Assembly (NCBI GenBank): GCA_043228905.1
Contig: JBHGNT010000085.1
Span: forward strand, 1 to 64,000
Source: Azolla caroliniana
Lineage: Eukaryota; Plantae; Polypodiophyta
Direction: 5' to 3'
DNA: 64,000 bases
Shown here: one piece after another, positions 13,695 through 25,499 of the stretch
How the letters are laid out: the number at the start of each line of letters is the position of its first letter
Numbering within the stretch: position 1 is the stretch's first letter
Program-made: the position numbers and the translations under genes
The notes under the pieces: generated by a model
Database searches by the model: none
What the model saw: the letters and a program-made list of their open reading frames with translations, nothing else
Told to the model about the DNA's origin: nothing

Positions 13695-16600
13695 CCGGTC
13701 GAGAGACATGACGAAATTTCCAAATTTGAGGAGTGAGTTGAGAGGAGCCCTTGAGTAAATTAAAATGTTCATACCTGGCTCGTATCATATCGGATTTTTG
13801 TGTTCAAACATGCGAATCAAAGCTAACAACCCTAGCTATGATATGGAATTAAAAAATAAAGATTTTGAAACTCAGGTCGAGAGACATGACGAAATTACCA
13901 AATTTGAGGAGTGAGTTGAGAAGAGCTAGGAGGTAAATTAAAATGTTCATACCTGGCTCGTGTGATATCGAATTCTTGTGTTCAAACATGCGAATCGAAG
14001 CTAACAACGCTAGCTATGATATGGAATTAAAAAATCAAGATTTTGAAACTCCGGTCGAGAGACATGACGAAATTTCCAAATTTGAGGAGTGAGTTGAGAG
14101 GAGCCCTTGAGTAAATTAAAATGTTCATACCTGGCTCGTGTGATATCGGATTTTTGTGTTCAAACATGGGAATCGAAGCTAACAACGCTAGCTATGATAT
14201 GGAATTAAAAAATCAAGATTTTGAAACTCAGATCAAGAGACATGACGAAATTACCAAATTTGAGGAGTGAGTTGAGAAGAGCTAGGAGGTAATTTGAAAT
14301 GTTCATACCTGGCTCGTGTGATATCGAATTTTTGTGTTCAAACATGCGAATCGAAGATAACAACGCTAGCTATAATATGGAATTAAAAAATCAAGATTTT
14401 GAAACTCAGGTCGAGAGACATGACGAAATTACCAAATTTGAGGAGTCAGTTGAGAGGAGCCCTTGAGTAAATGAAAATGTTCATACCTGGCTCGTGTAAT
14501 ATCGGATTTTTGTGTTCAAACATGCGAATCGAAGCTAACAACGCTAGCTATGATATGGAATTAAGAAAACAAGAATTTGAAACTCAGGTCGAGAGACATG
14601 ACGAAATTACCAAATTTGAGGAGTGAGTTGAGAAGAGCCCTTGAGTAAATGAAAATGTTCATACCTGGCTCGTGTAATATCGGATTTTTGTGGTCAAACA
14701 TGCGAATCGAATGTAACAACGCTAGCTATGATATGGAATTAAAAAATCAAGATTTTGAAACTCAGTTCGAGAGACATAATCAAATTACCAAATTTGAGGA
14801 GTGAGTTGAGAGGAGCTAGGAGGTAAATTAAATAGTTCATACCTGGCTGGTGTGATATCGGATTTTTGTGTTCAAACATGCGAATCGAAGATAACAACAC
14901 TACCTATGATATGGAATTAAAAAATCAAAATTTTGAAACTCAGGTCGAGAGACATGACGAAATTACCAAATTTGAGCAGTGACTTGAGAGGAGCCCTTGA
15001 GTAAATGAAAATATTCATACCTGGCTCGTGTAATATCGGATTTTTGTGTTCAAACATGCGAATCGAAGCTAACAACGCTAGCTATGATATGGAATTAAAA
15101 AATCAAGATTTTGAAACTGAGGTCGAGAGACATGACGAAATTACCAAATTTGAGGAGTGAGTTGAGAAGAGCTAGGAGGTAAATTAAAATGTTCATACCT
15201 GGCTCGTGTGATATCGGCTTTTTGTGTTCAAACATGCGAATCGAAACTAACAACGCTAGCTATGATATGGAATTAAAAAATCAAGATTTTGAAACTCCGG
15301 TCGAGAGACATGACGAAATTTCCAAATTTGAGGAGTGAGTTGAGAGGAGCCCTTGAGTAAATTAAAATGTTCATACCTGGCTCGTGTGATATCGGATTTT
15401 TGTGTTCAAACATGGGAATCGAAGCTAACAACGCTAGCTATGATATGGAATTAAAAAATCAAGATTTTGAAACTCAGATCAAGAGACATGACGAAATTAC
15501 CAAATTTGAGGAGTGAGTTGAGAAGAGCTAGGAGGTAAATTGAAATGTTCATACCTGGCTCGTGTGATATCGAATTTTTGTGTTCAAACATGCGAATCGA
15601 AGATAACAACGCTAGCTATAATATGGAATTAAAAAATCAAGATTTTGAAACTCAGGTCGAGAGACATGACGAAATTACCAAATTTGAGGAGTCAGTTGAG
15701 AGGAGCCCTTGAGTAAATGAAAATGTTCATACCTGGCTCGTGTATTATCGGATTTTTGTGTTCAAACATGCGAATCGAAGCTAACAACGCTAGCTATGAT
15801 ATGGAATTAAGAAAACAAGAATTTGAAACTCAGGTCGAGAGACATGACGAAATTACCAAATTTGAGGAGTGAGTTGAGAAGAGCCCTTGAGTAAATGAAA
15901 ATGTTCATACCTGGCTCGTGTAATATCGGATTTTTGTGTTCAAACATGCGAATCGAAACTAACAACGCTAGCTATAATATGGAATTAAAAAATCAAGATT
16001 TTGAAACTCAGGTCGAGAGACATGACGAAATTACCAAATTTGAGGAGTCAGTTGAGAGGAGCCCTTGAGTAAATGAAAATGTTCATACCTGGCTCGTGTA
16101 ATATCGGATTTTTGTGTTCAAACATGCGAATCGAAGCTAACAACGCTAGCTATGATATGGAATTAAAAATCAAGATTTTGAAACTCAGGTCGAGAGACAT
16201 GACGAAATTACCAAATTTGAGGAGTCAGTTGAGAAGAGCCCTTGAGTAAATGAAAATGTTCATACCTGGCTCGTGTAATATCGGATTTTTGTGTTCAAAC
16301 ATGCGAATCGAAGCTAACAACGCTAGCTATGATATGGAATTAAAAATCAAGATTCTGAAACTCAAGTCGAGAGACATGACGATATTACCAAATTTGAGGA
16401 GTGAGTTGAGAGCAGCCCTTGAGTAAATGAAAATGTTCATACCTGGCTCGTGTAATATCGGATTTTTGTGTTCAAACATGCGAATCGAAGCTAACAACGC
16501 TAGCTATGATATGGAATTAAAAAATCAAGATTTTGAAACTCCGGTCGAGAGACATGACGAAATTTCCAAATTTGAGGAGTGAGTTGAGAGGAGCCCTTGA

Positions 16601-19600
16601 GTAAATTAAAATGTTCATACCTGGCTCGTGTGATATCGGATTTTTGTGTTCAAACATGCGAATCGAAACTAACAACGCTAGCTATGATATGGAATTAAAA
16701 AATCAAGATTTTGAAACTCAGGTCGAGAGACATGACGAAATTACCAAATTTGAGGAGTGAGTTTAGAAGAGCCCTTGAGTAAATGAAAATGTTCATACCT
16801 GGCTCGTGTAATATCGGATTTTTGTGTTCAAACATGCGAATCGAAGATAACAACGCTAGCTATAATATGGAATTAAAAAATCAAGATTTTGAAACTCAGG
16901 TCGAGAGACATGACGAAATTACCAAATTTGAGGAGTCAGTTGAGAGGAGCCCTTGAGTAAATGAAAATGTTCATACCTGGCTCGTGTAATATCGGATTTT
17001 TGTGTTCAAACATGCGAATCGAAGCTAACAACGCTAGCTATGATATGGAATTAAAAATCAAGATTTTGAAACTCAGGTCGAGAGACATGACGAAATTACC
17101 AAATTTGAGGAGTGAGTTGAGAAGAGCCCTTGAGTAAATGAAAATGTTCATACCTGGCTCGTGTAATATCGGATTTTTGTGTTCAAACATGCGAATCGAA
17201 GCTAACAACGCTAGCTATGATATGGAATTAAAAATCAAGATTTTGAAACTCAGGTCGAGAGACATGACGAAATTACCAAATTTGAGGAGTGAGTTGAGAA
17301 GAGCCCTTGAGTAAATGAAAATGTTCATACCTGGCTCGTGTAATATCGGATTTTTGTGTTCAAACATGCGAATCGAAGCTAACAACGCTAGCTATGATAT
17401 GGAATTAAAAAATCAAGATTTTGAAACTCAGGTCGAGAGACATGACGAAATTACCAAATTTGAGGAGTGACTTGAGAGGAGCCCTTGAGTAAATGAAAAT
17501 GTTCATACCTGGCTCGTGTAATATCGGATTTTTGTATTCAAACATGCGTATCGAAGCTAACAACGCTAGCTATGATATGGAATTAAAAAATCAAGATTTT
17601 GAAACTCCGGTCGAGAGACATGACGAAATTTCCAAATTTGAGGAGTGAGTTGAGAAGAGCTAGGAGGTAAATTAAAATGGTCATACCTGGCTCGTGTGAT
17701 ATCGAATTTTTGTGTTCAAACATGCGAATCGAAGCTAACAACGTTAGCTATTATATGGAATGAAAAAATCAAGATTTTGAAACTCAGGTCGAGAGACATG
17801 ACGAAATTACCAAATTTGAGGAGTCAGTTGAGAGGAGCCCTTGAGTAAATGAAAATGTTCATACCTGGCTCGTGTAATATCGGATTTTTGTGTTCAAACA
17901 TGCGAATCGAAGCTAACAACGCTAGCTATGATATGGAATTAAGAAAACAAGATTTTGAAACTCAGGTCGAGAGACATGACGAAATTACCAAATTTGAGGA
18001 GTGAGTTGAGAAGAGCCCTTGAGTAAATGAAAATGTTCATACCTGGCTCGTGTAATATCGGATTTTTGTGTTCAAACATGCGAATCGAAGATAACAACGC
18101 TAGCTATAATATGGAATTAAAAAATCAAGATTTTGAAACTCAGGTCGAGAGACATGACGAAATTACCAAATTTGAGGAGTCAGTTGAGAGGAGCCCTTGA
18201 GTAAATGAAAATGTTCATACCTGGCTCGTGTATTATCGGATTTTTGTGTTCAAACATGCGAATCGAAGCTAACAACGCTAGCTATGATATGGAATTAAGA
18301 AAACAAGATTTTGAAACTCAGGTCGAGAGACATGACGAAATTACCAAATTTGAGGAGTGAGTTGAGAAGAGCCCTTGAGTAAATGAAAATGTTCATACCT
18401 GGCTCGTGTAATATCGGATTTTTGTGTTCAAACATGCGAATCGAATGTAACAACGCTAGCTATGATATGGAATTAAAAAATCAAGATTTTGAAACTCAGT
18501 TCGAGAGACATAATCAAATTACCAAATTTGAGGAGTGAGTTGAGAGGAGCTAGGAGGTAAATTAAATAGTTCATACCTGGCTGGTGTGATATCGGATTTT
18601 TGTGTTCAAACATGCGAATCGAAGATAACAACACTACCTATGATATGGAATTAAAAGATCAAAATTTTGAAACTCAGGTCGAGAGACATGACGAAATTAC
18701 CAAATTTGAGCAGTGACTTGAGAGGAGCCCTTGAGTAAATGAAAATATTCATACCTGGCTCGTGTAATATCGGATTTTTGTGTTCAAACATGCGAATCGA
18801 AGCTAACAACGCTAGCTATGATATGGAATTAAAAAATCAAGATTTTGAAACTGAGGTCGAGAGACATGACGAAATTACCAAATTTGAGGAGTGAGTTGAG
18901 AAGAGCTAGGAGGTAAATTAAAATGTTCATACCTGGCTCGTGTGATATCGGATTTTTGTGTTCAAACATGCGAATCGAAACTAACAACGCTAGCTATGAT
19001 ATGGAATTAAAAAATCAAGATTTTGAAACTCCGGTCGAGAGACATGACGAAATTACCAAATTTGAGGAGTGAGTTGAGAAGAGCCCTTGAGTAAATGAAA
19101 ATGTTCATACCTGGCTCGTGTAATATCGGATTTTTGTGTTCAAACATGCGAATCGAAGATAACAACGCTAGCTATAATATGGAATTAAAAAATCAAGATT
19201 TTGAAACTCAGGTCGAGAGACATGACGAAATTACCAAATTTGAGGAGTCAGTTGAGAGGAGCCCTTGAGTAAATGAAAATGTTCATACCTGGCTCGTGTA
19301 ATATCGGATTTTTGTGTTCAAACATGCGAATCGAAGCTAACAACGCTAGCTATGATATGGAATTAAAAATCAAGATTTTGAAACTCAGGTCGAGAGACAT
19401 GACGAAATTTCCAAATTTGAGGAGTGAGTTGAGAAGAGCCCTTGAGTAAATGAAAATGTTCATACCTGGCTCGTGTAATATCGGATTTTTGTGTTCAAAC
19501 ATGCGAATCGAAGCTAACAACGCTAGCTATGATATGGAATTAAAAATCAAGATTCTGAAACTCAGGTCGAGAGACATGACGAAATTACCAAATTTGAGGA

Positions 19601-21517
19601 GTGAGTTGAGAGCAGCCCTTGAGTAAATGAAAATGTTCATACCTGGCTTGTGTAATATCGGATTTTTGTGTTCAAACATGCGAATCGAAGCTAACAACGC
19701 TAGCTATGATATGGAATTAAAAAATCAAGATTTTGAAACTCCGGTCGAGAGACATGACGAAATTTCCAAATTTGAGGAGTGAGTTGAGAGGAGCCCTTGA
19801 GTAAATTAAAATGTTCATACCTGGCTCGTGTGATATCGGATTTTTGTGTTCAAACATGGGAATCGAAGCTAACAACGCTAGCTATGATATGGAATTAATA
19901 AATCTAGATTTTGAAACTCAGATCAAGAGACATGACGAAATTACCAAATTTGAGGAGTGAGTTGAGAAGAGCTACGAGGTAAATTGAAATGTTCATACCT
20001 GGCTCGTGTGATATCGAATTTTTGTGTTCAAACATGCGAATCGAAGATAACAACGCTAGCTATAATATGGAATTAAAAAATCAAGATTTTGAAACTCAGG
20101 TCGAGAGACATGACGAAATTACCAAATTTGAGGAGTCAGTTGAGAGGAGCCCTTGAGTAAATGAAAATGTTCATACCTGGCTCGTGTAATATCGGATTTT
20201 TGTGTTCAAACATGCGAATCGAAGCTAACAACGCTAGCTATGATATGGAATTAAAAATCAAGATTTTGAAACTCAGGTCGAGAGACATGACGAAATTACC
20301 AAATTTGAGGAGTCAGTTGAGAAGAGCCCTTGAGTAAATGAAAATGTTCATACCTGGCTCGTGTAATATCGGATTTTTGTGTTCAAACATGCGAATCGAA
20401 GCTAACAACGCTAGCTATGATATGGAATTAAAAATCAAGATTCTGAAACTCAGGTCGAGAGACATGACGAAATTACCAAATTTGAGGAGTGAGTTGAGAG
20501 CAGCCCTTGAGTAAATGAAAATGTTCATACCTGGCTCGTGTAATATCGGATTTTTGTGTTCAAACATGCGAATCGAAGCTAACAACGCTAGCTATGATAT
20601 GGAATTAAAAAATCAAGATTTTGAAAACTCCGGTCGAGAGACATGACGAAATTTCCAAATTTGAGGAGTGAGTTGAGAGGAGCCCTTGAGTAAATTAAAA
20701 TGTTCATACCTGGCTCGTGTGATATCGGATTTTTGTGTTCAAACATGGGAATCGAAGCTAACAACGCTAGCTATGATATGGAATTAATAAATCAAGATTT
20801 TGAAACTCAGATCAAGAGACATGACGAAATTACCAAATTTGAGGAGTGAGTTGAGAAGAGCTACGAGGTAAATTGAAATGTTCATACCTGGCTCGTGTGA
20901 TATCGAATTTTTGTGTTCAAACATGCGAATCGAAGATAACAACGCTAGCTATAATATGGAATTAAAAAATCAAGATTTTGAAACTCAGGTCGAGAGACAT
21001 GACGAAATTACCAAATTTGAGGAGTCAGTTGAGAGGAGCCCTTGAGTAAATGAAAATGTTCATACCTGGCTCGTGTAATATCGGATTTTTGTGTTCAAAC
21101 ATGCGAATCGAAGCTAACAACGCTAGCTATGATATGGAATTAAAAAATCAAGATTTTGAAACTCAGGTCGAGAGACATGACGAAATTACCAAATTTGAGG
21201 AGTGACTTGAGAGGAGCCCTTGAGTAAATGAAAATGTTCATACCTGGCTCGTGTAATATCGGATTTTTGTATTCAAACATGCGTATCGAAGCTAACAACG
21301 CTAGCTATGATATGGAATTAAAAAATCAAGATTTTGAAACTCCGGTCGAGAGACATGACGAAATTTCCAAATTTGAGGAGTGAGTTGAGAAGAGCTAGGA
21401 GGTAAATTAAAATGTTCATACCTGGCTCGTGTGATATCGGATTTTTGTGTTCAAACATGCGAATCGAAACTAACAACGCTAGCTATGATATGGAATTAAA
21501 AAATCAAGATTTTGAAA

Positions 21518-21675
21518 TTCGGGTCGAGAGATATGAAGAAATTAGGAAATTTGAGGAGCTAGTGGAGAAGAGCGGGTTAGTAAATTAAAATGTTCATACC
21601 TGGCTCGTGTGATATCGGATTTTTGTGTTGGAAAATGCGAATCGAAGCTAACAACGTTAGCTATTATATGGAATG
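21518..21675. repeat. First copy of a strongly divergent monomer type (22 full copies in 21.5-64 kb)
   Basis: GAAATTCGGGTCGAGAGATATGAAGAAATTAGGAAATTTGAGGAGCTAGTGGAGAAGAGCGGGTTAG...GTTGGAAAATG...ACGTTAGCTATTATATGGAATGAAAAAA has about 19 substitutions versus the consensus by hand alignment. Confidence 0.95.
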
Positions 21676-24600
21676 AAAAAATCAAGATTTTGAAACTCAG
21701 GTCGAGAGACATGACGAAATTACCAAATTTGAGGAGTGAGTTGAGAAGAGCCCTTGAGTAAATGAAAATGTTCATACCTGGCTCGTGTAATATCGGATTT
21801 TTGTGTTCAAACATGCGAATCGAAGCTAACAACGCTAGCTATGATATGGAATTAAAAAATCAAGATTTTGAAACTCCGGTCGAGAGACATGACGAAATTT
21901 CCAAATTTGAGGAGTGAGTTGAGAGGAGCCCTTGAGTAAATTAAAATGTTCATACCTGGCTCGTGTAATATCGGATTTTTGTGTTCAAACATGCGAATCG
22001 AAGCTAACAACGCTAGCTATGATATGGAATTAAAAAATCAAGATTTTGAAACTCAGATCAAGAGACATGACGAAATTACCAAATTTGAGGAGTGAGTTGA
22101 GAAGAGTTAGGAGGTAAATTGAAATGTTCATACCTGGCTCGTGTGATATCGAATTTTTGTGTTCAAACATGCGAATCGAAGATAACAACGCTAGCTATAA
22201 TATGGAATTAAAAAATCAAGATTTTGAAACTCAGGTCGAGAGACATGACGAAATTACCAAATTTGAGGAGTCAGTTGAGAGGAGCCCTTGAGTAAATGAA
22301 AATGTTCATACCTGGCTCGTGTATTATCGGATTTTTGTGTTCAAACATGCGAATCGAAGCTAACAACGCTAGCTATGATATGGAATTAAGAAAACAAGAT
22401 TTTGAAACTCAGGTCGAGAGACATGACGAAATTACCAAATTTGAGGAGTGAGTTGAGAAGAGCCCTTGAGTAAATGAAAATGTTCATACCTGGCTCGTGT
22501 AATATCGGATTTTTGTGTTCAAACATGCGAATCGAATGTAACAACGCTAGCTATGATATGGAATTAAAAAATCAAGATTTTGAAACTCAGTTCGAGAGAC
22601 ATAATCAAATTACCAAATTTGAGGAGTGAGTTGAGAGGAGCTAGGAGGTAAATTAAATAGTTCATACCTGGCTGGTGTGATATCGGATTTTTGTGTTCAA
22701 ACATGCGAATCGAAGATAACAACACTACCTATGATATGGAATTAAAAAATCAAAATTTTGAAACTCAGGTCGAGAGACATGACGAAATTACCAAATTTGA
22801 GCAGTGACTTGAGAGGAGCCCTTGAGTAAATGAAAATATTCATACCTGGCTCGTGTAATATCGGATTTTTGTGTTCAAACATGCGAATCGAAGCTAACAA
22901 CGCTAGCTATGATATGGAATTAAAAAATCAAGATTTTGAAACTGAGGTCGAGAGACATGACGAAATTACCAAATTTGAGGAGTGAGTTGAGAAGAGCTAG
23001 GAGGTAAATTAAAATGTTCATACCTGGCTCGTGTGATATCGGATTTTTGTGTTCAAACATGCGAATCGAAACTAACAACGCTAGCTATGATATGGAATTA
23101 AAAAATCAAGATTTTGAAACTCAGGTCGAGAGACATGACGAAATTACCAAATTTGAGGAGTGAGTTGAGAAGAGCCCTTGAGTAAATGAAAATGTTCATA
23201 CCTGGCTCGTGTAATATCGGATTTTTGTGTTCAAACATGCGAATCGAAGATAACAACGCTAGCTATAATATGGAATTAAAAAATCAAGATTTTGAAACTC
23301 AGGTCGAGAGACATGACGAAATTACCAAATTTGAGGAGTCAGTTGAGAGGAGCCTTTGAGTAAATGAAAATGTTCATACCTGGCTCGTGTAATATCGGAT
23401 TTTTGTGTTCAAACATGCGAATCGAAGCTAACAACGCTAGCTATGATATGGAATTAAAAAATCAAGATTTTGAAATTCGGGTCGAGAGATATGAAGAAAT
23501 TAGGAAATTTGAGGAGCTAGTGGAGAAGAGCGGGTTAGTAAATTAAAATGTTCATACCTGGCTCGTGTGATATCGGATTTTTGTGTTGGAAAATGCGAAT
23601 CGAAGCTAACAACGTTAGCTATTATATGGAATGAAAAAATCAAGATTTTGAAACTCAGGTCGAGAGACATGACGAAATTACCAAATTTGAGGAGTGAGTT
23701 GAGAAGAGCCCTTGAGTAAATGAAAATGTTCATACCTGGCTCGTGTAATATCGGATTTTTGTGTTCAAACATGCGAATCGAAGCTAACAACGCTAGCTAT
23801 GATATGGAATTAAAAAATCAAGATTTTGAAACTCCGGTCGAGAGACATGACGAAATTTCCAAATTTGAGGAGTGAGTTGAGAGGAGCCCTTGAGTAAATT
23901 AAAATGTTCATACCTGGCTCGTGTGATATCGGATTTTTGTGTTCAAACATGGGAATCGAAGCTAACAACGCTAGCTATGATATGGAATTAATAAATCAAG
24001 ATTTTGAAACTCAGATCAAGAGACATGACGAAATTACCAAATTTGAGGAGTGAGTTGAGAAGAGCTACGAGGTAAATTGAAATGTTCATACCTGGCTCGT
24101 GTGATATCGAATTTTTGTGTTCAAACATGCGAATCGAAGATAACAACGCTAGCTATAATATGGAATTAAAAAATCAAGATTTTGAAACTCAGGTCGAGAG
24201 ACATGACGAAATTACCAAATTTGAGGAGTCAGTTGAGAGGAGCCCTTGAGTAAATGAAAATGTTCATACCTGGCTCGTGTAATATCGGATTTTTGTGTTC
24301 AAACATGCGAATCGAAGCTAACAACGCTAGCTATGATATGGAATTAAAAATCAAGATTTTGAAACTCAGGTCGAGAGACATGACGAAATTACCAAATTTG
24401 AGGAGTCAGTTGAGAAGAGCCCTTGAGTAAATGAAAATGTTCATACCTGGCTCGTGTAATATCGGATTTTTGTGTTCAAACATGCGAATCGAAGCTAACA
24501 ACGCTAGCTATGATATGGAATTAAAAATCAAGATTCTGAAACTCAGGTCGAGAGACATGACGAAATTACCAAATTTGAGGAGTGAGTTGAGAGCAGCCCT

Positions 24601-25499
24601 TGAGTAAATGAAAATGTTCATACCTGGCTCGTGTAATATCGGATTTTTGTGTTCAAACATGCGAATCGAAGCTAACAACGCTAGCTATGATATGGAATTA
24701 AAAAATCAAGATTTTGAAACTCCGGTCGAGAGACATGACGAAATTTCCAAATTTGAGGAGTGAGTTGAGAGGAGCCCTTGAGTAAATTAAAATGTTCATA
24801 CCTGGCTCGTGTGATATCGGATTTTTGTGTTCAAACATGGGAATCGAAGCTAACAACGCTAGCTATGATATGGAATTAATAAATCAAGATTTTGAAACTC
24901 AGATCAAGAGACATGACGAAATTACCAAATTTGAGGAGTGAGTTGAGAAGAGCTACGAGGTAAATTGAAATGTTCATACCTGGCTCGTGTGATATCGAAT
25001 TTTTGTGTTCAAACATGCGAATCGAAGATAACAACGCTAGCTATAATATGGAATTAAAAAATCAAGATTTTGAAACTCAGGTCGAGAGACATGACGAAAT
25101 TACCAAATTTGAGGAGTCAGTTGAGAGGAGCCCTTGAGTAAATGAAAATGTTCATACCTGGCTCGTGTGATATCGGATTTTTGTGTTGGAAAATGCGAAT
25201 CGAAGCTAACAACGTTAGCTATTATATGGAATGAAAAAATCAAGATTTTGAAACTCAGGTCGAGAGACATGACGAAATTACCAAATTTGAGGAGTGAGTT
25301 GAGAAGAGCCCTTGAGTAAATGAAAATGTTCATACCTGGCTCGTGTAATATCGGATTTTTGTGTTCAAACATGCGAATCGAAGCTAACAACGCTAGCTAT
25401 GATATGCAATTAAAAAATCAAGATTTTGAAACTCAGGTCGAGAGACATGACGAAATTACCAAATTTGAGGAGTGACTTGAGAGGAGCCCTTGAGTAAAT

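Noticed and set aside
21511-21540. CENP-B box suggested by TTCG and CGGG in the divergent monomer
   Set aside because: The spacing does not fit NTTCGNNNNANNCGGGN, and the minus-strand TTCG sites of the consensus do not fit either.
21541-21582. Telomere-like words TTAGG and GGGTTAG in the divergent monomer
   Set aside because: They are single non-tandem 5-7-mers, compatible with chance.
61-23546. Short ORFs at 61-267, 4910-5113, 6156-6359 and 23364-23546
   Set aside because: These are chance read-throughs caused by single variants in satellite monomers.
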